The position numbers and the translations under genes are program-made. From NCBI GenBank assembly GCA_951406725.2, contig OX597833.1:23436001-23500000 (forward strand): DNA of 64,000 nt. Direction: 5' to 3'. Origin of the DNA: Octopus vulgaris (Eukaryota). Shown piece by piece: positions 14,201 to 26,010 of the stretch. The notes under the pieces are model-generated. The model had not been told where the DNA came from. It did not search any database and worked only from the letters and a program-made list of their open reading frames with translations. Position 1 is the stretch's first letter. Every line of letters starts with the position of its first letter.

Positions 14201-17200
14201 AAGTTCTTTAGCTAATTTACTAAATTTACCATCATTAAACTGAGTAGAATCAAATAATTCTTGCGTGTTTAGAAATGATTTGGTGGATTTAGTTACAGTC
14301 AATTCTTTTGAAGTTGACTGCGATGTATCAACCAGAGTCTTTTTTGGACAGGACCTAGAAGATTCTACCATATAAGACTCTGTACTTTCTTTAAGAACTA
14401 ACTTCTCAGGAACTGATTCACTGGTAGTCACTGGCTGAACATGGTTCTTGAAATCAGATTTCTTTTCAGTTGGTTTGTTAATGGCTGGTTCAATTATATC
14501 ATATGTATTTGACTGTTTTGAAGGTATGTCAGAGGATTCAGAAACACAGGTCCTCTTTGATCCTGTCTTAATATGTTCTTTTTCATCCTTTAAAACATTT
14601 GCTCCTGTTTTACTATCAGTTACATTAGTAATACTTGGTCTACAATCACTCACTGAACCAAGACCATCTTTTGCATTACTATTTGATTTGAAATTATCAG
14701 ACGACATTCCATTCAATTCACATGGTATGTTTTTTTTTTTTTGTCAATTATATTCTTTGAAGCAAGACTAGGCAGCTGAACAATAGAATTATTAGAAGAG
14801 GGTGGCATATAATTATCTGCTGGTAATCTTAATGGGTTATTTAGGTCTTTAGTTGGTTTACAAAAACTTTCATCTTTATTAAACTGCTTGTTTTCACAAA
14901 AATTCTCAATATTTTCTACATCCTTCACATTGATAATCTCAACTGGTCTTTCACTTTCAGGAAAATCAGCAATTGTTATGGTGTTACAGTATGTCAAGTC
15001 CATATTACCAGCTGCATAATGAGTTTTATTGAAATAAATAGTTTTTTCATCATAGCTATTATTTTGATTGTAGTATCCAATTATATGACCATCAGGACTA
15101 CTGACAATATCATCCTTGCTTTCATTACATGCTGTGAGATATTTTCCCAAAGGTTTTGTTAAGTCCATTGAATCATTCCTATCAAAATAAACAGTATGGT
15201 TACCTTGATACAAAAATTTATCCAAATGAGGAGAGTCTGATAAAGAATCATTTTCTTTTGACTCATCAGGTGTTTGAATCTTGCCATCATCTTTTGTATG
15301 TGCATGAACATAATTATAAAGAAAAAGTTCAGTGCTCAATGAAGCGGGACAATTAAAATCATTTGTAAATAACAAGCTCTTTTCTGAAGAAGTAGCAGCA
15401 GCAGAAGATAGTGGAACATCTGCCTTGACTTTCTCTAGAAATGATATATCTTGTGCTTGTTTATCAGTATTGTTTGCCTCATACTTAGCTTGAGGTACTG
15501 AGTCTTTCACTTCAGGATCAACTCTGCAAACATTGATGTTTTCTTTATCCTCTATAGTTTGAGAAACAGTGGTTGATCTGGAGGTTATAGTAGAAACTCT
15601 AGTAATAGTTAAAAGAAAAAAGATTAAAAAATGTAATTTAGTCTTTAGAGTTATTCATTTAAGAATCTAGAGTATATTATGTTTTCAAAAACAAACATTT
15701 CATAAGTATTTTCATTTCTTTAATTAAAATATTAGTGAAGGCATGTAGCCAGGTGGTTAGGGTGTTGCACTCATGATTATAAGATCAAGGTTTTGATTCC
15801 TGGACCAGGCAGTGCAATGTTTTCTTGTGCAAAACACGTAATTTCAATTTGCTCCAATTCACCCACTTGTAAAAAAAAGTAGTTCCAGCAAGGCTGGGAA
15901 GTTATCCCTGCAACAAACAGCATCCTGTTGTTGTGGGGAGTGATGGGTTGTAATCTCAGTCAATCACCTATGTGCTAAGGAAACCAGCTTGGAACATGGA
16001 CTCATGAGAGATCTAAGCTAAGCTAATTAAAATATTAAATTGCTAAAATTAGGAATCCTGACAGCTGCGCATCATAAGCAAAAAAAAATAAAATAGGAAT
16101 AAAAAGAGCCATCACTTACAAGCAAATATGGGTAATTTACCATGTTTTGCTTAATGGTTTTAAGTGTATGTGTAATCATATAAAGACAGACACCTCAGTC
16201 TTCCCACACTTGACCCAGCAGAACAACTATGATGTAACAGTTTGAGGGAGAGTAAGGGCTGCACCAGCACATGAGTGGCACTAATTTCTGGAACAATAGG
16301 AAGTGCTTTACTCAAGAACACAATATGCCACCTAATCCAAGAATCAAACCCACGACCTTATAATTATGAGCCTAACACCCTAGTGCTAGGCCATGCATAA
16401 TGATGCATTTCTTTAACGCTTTGGAAACAGAGCCTTGTTTGAAGTTTCAGTACTCAGAAGACAGTGCCCTTAACACAAGCCCTACACAGAGCATGCACTC
16501 ATTTTTCAAAAAAAATTATAACCCTTAGGAGACAACTGGGCCAATCTATTGGCCAAAAAGTCAAATGAAGACGACGACAACTGGGCCGATCTGTTGTCTT
16601 TGTCAATCAACTTTTCAGCCGATAGACTGGCCCTGTCATCCCCTAGGGGTTAATACAGCACAATATATTTACATAACCAAACTAACTAGACAAAATTTTT
16701 AATGAACAGACACTTATAATGTTTGTAACTTAATAGGATCTTTAAAGACATTCTTAAATTTGTAACATCTAAGATATGAAAACACAATACAAGACAACAA
16801 TTTAAAATCTAACAAATAGAAAATTTGGCAAATTATCTAATTGAAAACGTTTGTGTTGTAAATTATCACAAAGAAACATGAAGGAAAGAAATTTAAGTCA
16901 AACATTTCCTGTGTTTCCATTAAAGCAAAAGTATATTTTGTAATAATTTTGACAAAATGATTTAATATATGCAGAAAAATACACATTATTTGATGGCATA
17001 AAAGACACACACACTGCAATTTCAACACTGCATATTGAGGAAAGAAGTTTCTAGAGTGTCAAATCATGTAATATTGATTTCAAATTCTGGTACAATGCCA
17101 TCAACTTTGGGAGGGGCTAAGTTGATTACATCGACCCCAGTGTTCAACTGGTACTTATTTTATTAACCCCAAAAGGATGAAAGGCAAAATCTACCCCAGT

Positions 17201-17945
17201 GGAATTTTAACTCAGGACATAAAGACAGACGAAATGCCAATAGGCATTTCACTCAGCATGCTACTGATTCTATTATCTCACCACCTGCTTAAAGCATGTA
17301 ATATTAGCTTATAGGAGACCCAAATTTGCATATAGGACCTGGGTTAATTTTTTAAACATTTCTTTGGGGTGTCTTACATGCTATCAAAAATGGTAAATTC
17401 AATTGCTTTGAAAAGTTTAAAATTCATACAAACTTTTCTGGAGACATCAAAATACTTTGGTTTAAAGGATTAACAGCAATGCGCCTTTCTTCATCACTTT
17501 CATCGTCTGAAATATTCTATAGAGAAAATATAAGAATGAATGCAAGTGATAAGAATAATAAAAAAGGAATGAGTAAGATTTAAATCTGGTGATTAGCACC
17601 AAAACGTTTATTATGAAGTGAATAAGGAATCGTTCTTTAGAAAAGGTATCATCATCATTTAGCATCCATTTTCCATGCTGGCATGGGTTAGAGGGCATGA
17701 TTGGAGAGCTGCACCAGGCTCAGTCTGTTTTGGCTTGGTTTCTTGGCTGGATGCCCTTGCTAACACCAACCACTCCAAAGAGTGTACCGGGTGCCTTTAA
17801 CGTGTCACCAATTTCATAAAAACGTTTTATTCCTAATAGCTAATTACATTGAACAAAATGGTCTTATTTAGAAACCACAAAGGGCATGATTCTATTCCTT
17901 ACATACTTGTGGGATTTGGTTCAGATCGCTAGTAACCAAAACCAT
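5176..17945 (-). CDS. KNL1: KNL1/CASC5/Spc105-like kinetochore scaffold, multi-exon; the 3' end probably continues left of 5176
   Basis: Predicted exons: 17945-17907, 17516-17434, 15598-13680, 12478-12216, 10461-10357, [9270-9379 on + strand], 7904-7826, 7538-7422, 6241-6154, 5277-5176. All have GT-AG boundaries with matching phases. Motifs HTVYF..SMDLT and KTIYF..NMDLTYCNT resemble TxxF-MELT-SHT units. TIEDLLFLVGID..RQSNI resembles the Spc7-domain start of KNL1 (recalled, not aligned), followed by a coiled coil. Confidence 0.75.
6154..6241 (-). CDS. KNL1-like coiled-coil exon (DKLKLMEKANSQLVDITSKLDQQIDSLDN)
   Basis: cttag acceptor, g|gtataa donor, heptad pattern. Confidence 0.7.
7422..7538 (-). 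CDS. KNL1-like exon (KEDIKKQLLADFKMCKQRTDKKMKQKEIEYFNDLTSAYT)
   Basis: tgcag acceptor, aca|gtaagt donor, 117 nt open. Confidence 0.75.
7826..7904 (-). CDS. KNL1-like exon (FMKQFKDPELLYGFRNVLEEREKTSS)
   Basis: ttttag acceptor (phase 2) and tca|gtacgt donor. Confidence 0.7.
9153..9571. repeat. Near-perfect inverted repeat: 158-bp arms (9153-9310, 9414-9571) with a 103-bp spacer
   Basis: The arms are reverse complements with about one mismatch. Confidence 0.95.
9270..9379 (+). CDS. KNL1-like exon in inverted orientation (VTEPHTIEEKMELACVLHPEYQCTLKSHEQLKSDGER)
   Basis: tttag acceptor and ag|gtaatt donor on the + strand. Its phases (0 in, 2 out) fit exactly between minus-strand exons 10357 and 7904. 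Confidence 0.7.
10357..10461 (-). CDS. KNL1-like exon (MEVETIEDLLFLVGIDRVGNAALECRQSNIYETSV)
   Basis: ttgtag acceptor, gtg|gtaaac donor, 105 nt, phase 0/0; Spc7-like sequence. Confidence 0.75.
12216..12478 (-). CDS. KNL1-like exon
   Basis: tttcag acceptor (phase 1) and tta|gtaagt donor (phase 0), within ORF 12180-12476. Confidence 0.7.
13680..15598 (-). CDS. KNL1-like large low-complexity exon with two MELT-like motifs and two apparent frameshifts
   Basis: ORFs 14713-15510, 13928-14716 and 13642-13827 join by single frame changes near 14735 and 13930. Donor g|gtgagt at 13679. Confidence 0.8.
17434..17516 (-). CDS. KNL1-like exon (NISDDESDEERRIAVNPLNQSILMSPE)
   Basis: Pyrimidine tract plus tag acceptor. 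The aa|gtttgt donor is phase 2, matching the acceptor at 15598. Confidence 0.55.
17907..17945 (-). CDS. Putative first coding exon of KNL1-like gene (MVLVTSDLNQIPQ)
   Basis: ATG at 17945, donor caa|gtatgt, phase 0 matching the next exon. Confidence 0.4.
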
Positions 17946-18819
17946 AGCCGTCACTTGCAAGCGAGCATGGTCTAGTAGTATGTATTCTGTTCTGGAGAAT
18001 TATTTTATGCATTTATGTACTAACGAGCAGATGTAGATACCTTTTCGGATATCCAACTCATTTTATTCACCAGAAAACCGAGAATATAACGGAACGTAAG
18101 AGAGAGAGAGGGAGGGAGATAAATAGATTGATAGATAGATACATACATACGTAGACAAACAGTTAGACAGACAGAGAGTGAGAGTGAATGAGAAAGACGT
18201 GGAGGCTACACCACCAACTGGACGGTATTTACAGCTGAGTAAAATGGGAATGAAATGTGAAATGAAGCGCCTTACTCAAGGACACAACGCACTACTCGGT
18301 CTGGAAATTGAAACCACGACTGTATGACCGTAAGCTGAACGCCCTAATCACCAGGTCACCTGAGTAAACAGATTAAGGCATTTTGCTCATTCTGCCATGT
18401 ATAATAATCCTGATTTAATATTAAAAAAAACACAAATGGTCAAATGGAAAATAGAAACAACGTTTGGATAATCTTTATTTGAATATTCCTCATATTAAGG
18501 GAATAGCAAAAAGATGGCAAACGGAGTCAATTCAGATAAAGTTTGAAGTGAAACTATGTCGCTAATTAATTATACGTATAATTAATAAAGACTGAAGCAG
18601 TAATAAGACCATTGGCATGATCAAGGAAGACCGAAATCACGTGACGTGGTAGTCCTAGCGGTGACGATGGCAGTTGTGTGTGCGTGTGTATGTTCGTGTG
18701 TCTGTGTTTGTGCCCTCATCATCACTTGACAACCGATGCTGGTGTGTTTACATCCCCGTCACTTGGTGATTCGGCAAAAGTGGCCGATAGAATAGTAACT
18801 AGGCTTACAAAGAAGGGCG

Positions 18820-18876
<57 letters not shown>

Positions 18877-19305
18877 CTGTTTTCTCTTTCTGTTTTTAAT
18901 TTAGTGTAAATTTTGACCGATCTCCATCTTGGTAGCAAGGTTGTGAAGAAAAGTATCAAGATTTAAATGTCATTTTTTAAATCTTAAGAAGATCTTGTAG
19001 ATTTCTATGCTTCCAGATATCGTGATCATTTGTAGCATTTGAAATAAAGATTTGCATTCTCTTCTCAAGATTCCAAGTTCAGCCATACTTTTCTTCCTCC
19101 GTCTTCCTGTCTTTGGATCTTTCCTTTTCCTATGTTTCTCACGAAGAGCTCCGCTCAAAACGTTAAACCCTCCTTCTTTCCTGAACGTCCAATAATACTA
19201 TACTTTTTCCACGTCCTCGCGTTGTGTTTTCTCTTTGTGTTTTCCTGTTTGGATTAACTATGTATGTATGTATGTATGTATGTATGCATGCATGCATGCA
19301 TGCAT

Positions 19306-19368
<63 letters not shown>

Positions 19369-19947
19369 CCAATAACAGTTAAGCTTCGTGCAATGGCCAT
19401 ACTCGATAACGAGGGGGCAGCCATTGTGTGTGTGTGTATGTATGTATGTATGTATGTATGTATGTATGTACGTGTGTGTGTGTGTGTGTATGTAAACTCT
19501 GACCAGAAAAATCTCATACTTGAGTTAGTTATTCTGTACACTCAGTTGATATCGAAAGAATGAATAGCGAAGCCATTGCCAGCTAGATTTTAAACTGGAA
19601 ACTCTAATGGTAACGACTCAGAAAATATAATAGATACAATAGATACAACGAAAAAGAAACGTCAATAACATAGAATACGTAAGAAAATTGTAATTATAGA
19701 AGCTATCATAAACAGCTGACTGATTTAGTTTGAGTGCTTGGCAAGAACATTTCAAATATATTGGGAGAAAAAGTCTTTACCTATATTTGTATTTGTTGAA
19801 AAACATTGCAATGCTAGACACAATATGTACGCGATTCTTGGCTGAAAAATAAAATCCTCTATTCCCACACCATCAGCAATTTCGAGTGGAAGAGTCCAAT
19901 TTTGCTACAAAACAGCCCAATCTTACTCCTTCACAAATCCACGTCTA

Positions 19948-19998
<51 letters not shown>

Positions 19999-20173
19999 CG
20001 TATGTCTGATTGTATGTATGGATGTATGTATGTAACCATCTATCAATCTTTCAATCAATCAATCTATCTAGCTATCTTTATATATATATATAGATAGATA
20101 GAGAGAGAGAGATAGAGCTATGTATTTGTATATGCATATATATATATATATATATATCTTTTTTTACATATCA

Positions 20174-20237
<64 letters not shown>

Positions 20238-21145
20238 GTATGTATATGTATATTGATGTAACTATTTATGCATGTCTTTATGTCTTTCTAAATCTACAGC
20301 AATGTATAATTTTATACACAACACACACACACATACACATGCATACACTCGCGTCTATAATGTTCATATGGTTGTATGTGTGAATGTTTTTTCCACATTT
20401 TTTTATTCTTCAGTAACACACAACCTAATACAATTTAATTATATAGGTTGAAAATAGGAAGCGTTATAAAGATATTCATTGTATTTCGGTTTTGCTCTTT
20501 TTTTTTTACCATTATTCTGCTTTCTATATTCCACAAAGTTCTCTCTATTTTCATCAACCACCCCAATTTTTTTTTTTTTTCACACTTTAAATTTTTCGCC
20601 TCATCGCTTTCTTTCCCATAAATAATTTTACTTCTCTTTCCTTTGCATCAAATAGCCAGTCTTTATTACACGGTTACTATTGTATTTTTATATACCCTTT
20701 ACTGTAAGTCTATATAAGACTTTCTCTATACTTGTGCACACTGGTTTTATATCAATCTGTCATCTGGCAAGTTTCTTAAAGTGAGAGTTGAACTCTTGTC
20801 TGACTCAGTACCGAGAGTCTTTTATCCATCCATGTTTATTATCATTTCATTCACGTCACACGATTCTCTTCAGAATAACCCGGCTAATTTCTGCATTCCA
20901 TTTCAGTCTCTTGACATTCGATTTCCAATAGAAGTTTTGTAAAGTCTAATCCTCTTTTTTTTTTCACTTCCAAACGTACATCCTACCTCCACGTTATTAG
21001 ATACTAAAATAAGTCAAATGTAATAGTAGTTGTGCGTAACAACATTGAGAGAAGGCTTGGTGTTGGACTGACAAGCATAAATCATGGGTTCAAATCCATG
21101 AGCGGGTAGCACGATGTTTCTTTGAGCATGACGCTTAATAATATC

Positions 21146-21378
21146 TGTTTCTTTATTACCCACAAGGGGCTAAACACAGAGGGAACAAACAAGGACATAC
21201 AAACGGATTAAGTCAAGTATATCGACCTAATTGTGTAACTGGTACTTAATTTATCGACCCCGAAAGGTTGAAAGGCAAAGTCGACGTCGGCGGAATTTGG
21301 ACTCAGAACGTTGCGGCAGACGAAATACGGCTACGCATTTCGCCCGGCGTGCAAACGTTTCTGCCATCCCGCCGCCTT
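21146..21378 (-). mobile_element. tRNA-derived SINE, family B (core gcctttcatcctttcggggtcgataaattaagtacc)
   Basis: A/B-box-like head (gagttcaaattcc). Further copies at about 5780-5965, 10690-10900, 17080-17285, 23708-23920, 23990-24205, 24232-24440, 26193-26428 and 47928-48147. Confidence 0.85.
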
Positions 21379-22082
21379 AATAATATCGTTGTTCCAGTGT
21401 AGCCATCTGAAAGTGAGTACTATCCATGAACTGGTGCAACCATCTCTCCCACCAGGGAGAGAGGGTTCTCATATGAGCCTTGGGGTCCACATAAGATTTT
21501 GTTGCTAAAATTTATCTGCAATAAATTTGTTATACTCTAACAAGGCTGCAGTCAAATAACAAACAAATAAAATAATAACAAAATATTCTAACAGTTTTTT
21601 TTAAATATAATTTCTTAATAATATTTAATAATAAAAATATAATAGGATCTTTTAAGCATTGAACATTTATGTGGGTTCGTCTGCATAAAATAGGGATCAA
21701 AGGGCAAAAAATGGTTGAGAACTACTGTCTTGGGTGTTTTGCAAAGTCAAAAAGACTGGAGACTAAGAGTTTGTCTCTCTGCTTCGCTAAAACAATTAGC
21801 GAAGGTATGTTACACGACACTTATTTATGGATGCTTGTGAGCAATAGCTGGGGATGATTTGTATAACAACCTTAATGTGTGAATATATGGTATATTCAGG
21901 GCTTTGAGTAAAAAGTAAATGGCACAAGTCAATCAGGACAAAATTAGAGATTTGTGTAGAAAAGTTTTTAGAGTCGTGAGTTGAAGAACTGGGAAAGTGT
22001 ACGACAAAACGGTTTCGTAAATGGAAGAATTTGTACAAAATGAGTATTTGGATGGTCGGTTTGCTACAATGTCACAGAAAAT

Positions 22083-22595
22083 GTAACTGGTACTTATTTA
22101 ATCGACCCCGGAAGGATGAAAGGCAAAGTCAACCTCGGCGGAATTTGAACTCAGAACGTAACGGCAGACGAAATACCTATTTCTTTACTACCCACAACGG
22201 GCTAAACACAGAGAGGACAAACATGGACAGACAAACGGATTAAGTCGATTATATCGACCCAGTGCGTAACTGGTAATTACTCTATGTTTAGCCCCTTGTG
22301 GGTAGTAAAGAAATATGTATTTCGTCTGCTGCTACGTTCTGAGTTCAAATTCCGCCAAGGTCGACTTTGCCTTTCCTTTTGGGGTCGATTAAATAAGTAC
22401 CAGTTACGCACTGGGGTCGATGTAATCGACTTAATCCGTTTGTCTGTCCTTGTTTGTCCCCTCTGTGTGTAGCCCCTTGTGGGTAGTAAAGAAATAGGTA
22501 TTTCGTCTGCCACTACGCTCTGAGTTCAAATTCCGCCGAGGTTGACGTTACCTGTCATTCTTTCGGGTTCGATAAATTAAAAACCAGTTGCGTAC
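22083..22595. mobile_element. Inverted pair of permuted/multimeric family-B SINEs
   Basis: 22083-22277 (minus) abuts 22283-22595 (plus). Both carry the tail-to-internal junction aaagaaataggtatttcgtctg. Confidence 0.8.
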
Positions 22596-23148
22596 AAAAA
22601 TTTCGGGCCTTTTGCCTAGAGTAGAAAAAGAGTATAATCGTAGAAGTTTAATAGTCGTCGTGGTGGTCGTGGTCATAGTCGTCGCCATCGTCATCATCAT
22701 CGTCATGCAGAGTGCAGTATGCTTACAAACCAGACTGTATACAGAAAACGTAACTTAATGATTAGGGTATTTGGTTCAAGAACGTAAGGTCGTGAGATCG
22801 ATTCACGTCGGAGCGTTGCATCCTTGAGCAAGATACTTAATTCCATGTTGCTCCAGTTCACTCAGCTGGCAAAAATGAGTAGTAGTACGTGTAATTCAAA
22901 TGGCCACCCTTGTTACGTTCTGTTTCATGCTGAATAAGGGCACACGTGTCTGTGGAGTACTCAGCCACTTGCACGTTAATTTCACGAGCATGGTGTTCCG
23001 TTGATCGGATCAATGAAACTCTCGTCGTCGAACCGACAGCGGTCTAGGTATACAGGGAATAATGTTTATAGAAAAGCATGTATGTAGAATAGTGTGGGTG
23101 TAGAAAACAATATACATATATGTGCGTGTGTATATATATATATATACA

Positions 23149-23184
<36 letters not shown>

Positions 23185-23191
<7 letters not shown>

Positions 23192-23480
23192 TGCGTTCTA
23201 CATCCTCACTATTCTACATGGAATCTTACATATATACCATTCTGCCAAAAAATTGGATCTACAACTTCAATATCCATACATATCTTGCATCTGTTTTCTT
23301 TCCTCCACCTTACTCTCTATTTTGTATCCTATCTAAACTAAGTATGACTTCATCATCCTCTCACACCGTCTCCGATGAAGGGATATAATTAATAAATATC
23401 CTGGAAACAGCTATAAGACCTTCTAGCTAAGTTCTAATATCGACACAGCCTTGGGGTTTTTTTTATCTCATAACGCAAAA
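23185..23480 (+). mobile_element. Dispersed repeat with a degenerate hammerhead-like motif (possible Penelope-like relic); second copy at ~57090-57370
   Basis: Two similar copies in the window; motif ccgatga-gggatat..atatcct-gaaacagct. Confidence 0.5.
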
Positions 23481-23515
23481 AAAATTGTTATATATATATA
23501 CAGAGAGGGAGATAA

Positions 23516-23547
<32 letters not shown>

Positions 23548-25087
23548 CAATATGAGAATATCAAAGTAAATAAGAAATCAGTACTAATGTTCACATCACT
23601 ACTGTTATCTGGGCTGTTTCTCGGTCAACTAGAAATAGCAACCAAATCTCCTTCAACCATCAAAAGCGCCTTACATAATGAACGATTACATTGAATAAAT
23701 TTAATTGAGTTTCAAATTTTGGCACAAGGCCAGCAATTGTTGGGAGGGGGCGGGGAGGTTTAAGTCGATAACATCAACCCCAGTATTCAACTTGTACTTA
23801 TTTTGTGTGAAGACCGAAAGGATGAAAGGAAAAGTCGACCTCGATGGACTTTGAACTCGGAAGATAAAACGCTAAGCATTTTGCCCGGCACGGTAACGAT
23901 TCTGCCAGTTCGCAGCCTTATTAATATTAATAGGACAGGGTCGTCGCAAATGGAATACATTTTGTCATAGATCTATCTACTGGATGAAGGTAACGTTAGC
24001 ACGCCGGGTGAAATGCGTAGCCGTATTTCGTCTGTCGTTACGTTCCGAATTCAAATTCCGCCGAGGTCGACTTTGCCTTTCATCCTTTAGGGGCCGATAA
24101 ATTAAGTACCAGTTACGCACTGGAGTCGATGTAATAGACTTAATCCCTTTGTCTGTTCTTGTTTGTCCCCTCTGTGTTTAGCCCCTTGTCGGTAGTAAAG
24201 AAATATATTATCTATTGCTCATTCTTATCGCAAGGCGGTAAGCTGGCAGAAACGTTAGCACGCTGGGCGAAATGCTTCGCGGTATTTCGTCTGCCGTTAC
24301 GGTCTGAGTTCAAATTCCGCCGAGGTCGACTTTGCCTTTCATCCTTTCGAGGTCGATTAAATAAGTACCAGTTATGCACTGGTGTGCGTCTACCCTTGTT
24401 TGTGCTCTCTGCGTTTAGCCCCTTGTGGGTAGTTAAAAAAAAGGGCTATCAAAGACTAAACAACAGCTGCAGCAACATTATGGATCTAATATATATATAA
24501 TAGCCTGTCACGCCCCTGCAATTAGCTCCATGTTACTTGATGGTAGATAAGTTGGCAATTACAACAACGATAATCTTTCAGTATTTGTCTGAGATCACAA
24601 CACAACACCATTTACACGATATGAGCAGGAGACTTTTTCAGCCTTGAGTTTGTGAGGTTTTTCTTATTTCACACACGGACTTCTTGAAACGGTTTTGTTG
24701 GGTTTAAGAAAATGCTGTGTCGGTGACGGTTTACCCTTATTTATAAATAGGCGTTCTACGTATTATAAATTGTCTTTAGACAGAAACCATTAAATCGTGT
24801 GGGCAACACCGGTGAAGTTTGCCATTATGAAGCAATACGAAGGACGTTTCCTGTCGCCTTTACAATTTATGGCCAACCGTACGTGCTAATGAAACGGTGT
24901 TGTGTACTTCTAAACGGCACCGTTTTGTAAATTGGTGCATTGAAAGATTGATGGCCCAAGTACCTTTGCTAAATAAGGAACTCGCTGAAAAAGAATATGC
25001 ATACATACATATATAGATATGTATGTCTGTGTGTGTGTGTATGTGTGCGTGCGTGTGTGTGTGTGTAGGCTACATATATTACATATG

Positions 25088-25180
25088 GCTTACGGCCATA
25101 TCACGTTGAAAGCACCGGTTCTCGTCCGATCACCGAAGTTAAGCAACGTCGAGCCTAATTAGTACTTAGATGGCGTGACT
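25088..25180 (+). rRNA. 3'-truncated 5S rRNA copy (pseudogene), fused to a SINE
   Basis: gcttacggccatatcacgttgaaagcaccggttctcgtccgatcaccgaagttaagcaacgtcgagcc..agtacttagatgg matches the metazoan 5S 5' ~90 nt. The last ~25 nt and the poly-T terminator are absent. Confidence 0.9.
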
Positions 25181-26010
25181 ATGTGGAAAGAAGCTTGCTT
25201 CCCAGCCACATGGTTCGGAGTTCAGTCCCACTGCATAGCACGGTGAACAAGTGTCTTCTACAATAGCTTCGGGCCGACCAAAGATTTGTGAGTGGATTTG
25301 GTAGACGGAAACTCAAAGAAGCCTATCTTATGTATATATCTATGTGTGTGCGTGTGTGTCTTTGTGTCTGTGTTTGTCCACTCCCCACCCCCACGCACCA
25401 CCGTTTGACAACCGGTGTTGGTGTGCTTACGTCTCCGTACCTTAGCGTTTCGTTCAAGAGACAGGTAGAATAAGTACAAGTCTCAAACAAAATAAGTCCT
25501 GGGATCGATTTGTTCGCTTTAAAATCATTTCAAGGCAGTGCTCCGGCATGGCCACAGTCAAACGACTGAAACAAGTAAAAGATAAAACATGTAGCAAACG
25601 TCTTCAGGCGCATGCGTGGCTGTATAGTAAGAAGCTCGCTTCCCAACCATGGTTCCAGGCACAGTTCTACAGTGTGTTACCTTGGGCAAGTGTCTTCTGC
25701 TGTGGCCTCAGGGTGACCAAAGCCTTCTGAGTGGATTTGGTTGATGGAAACTGAAAGCTCGTCATATATATATATGTGTGTGTGTGTGTGTGTAAGCATA
25801 TATTTGGGTGTGTGTCTTTGTGTCTGTTTCCAGCTTCCATCGCTTGACAACCGATGTCGGTGTGTTTACGTCTCTGTAGCATAGCATTTTGGCAAAAAAG
25901 ACCAATAAAGTAAGTACTAAGCTTACACAGAATAAGTTCTGGGATCGATTTCTTCAATTAAAAGGCGGTGCTCCAGCATGGCCACAGTCCAATGACTGAA
26001 ACAAGTAAAA
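25174..26010 (+). mobile_element. Two tandem family-A tRNA-derived SINEs (25174-25585, 25607-26010)
   Basis: Head gtggctgtgtggtaagaagcttgct..ggttcagtcccactgc, an internal (TA/TG)n tract, and tail ctgaaacaagtaaaag. Confidence 0.85.
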
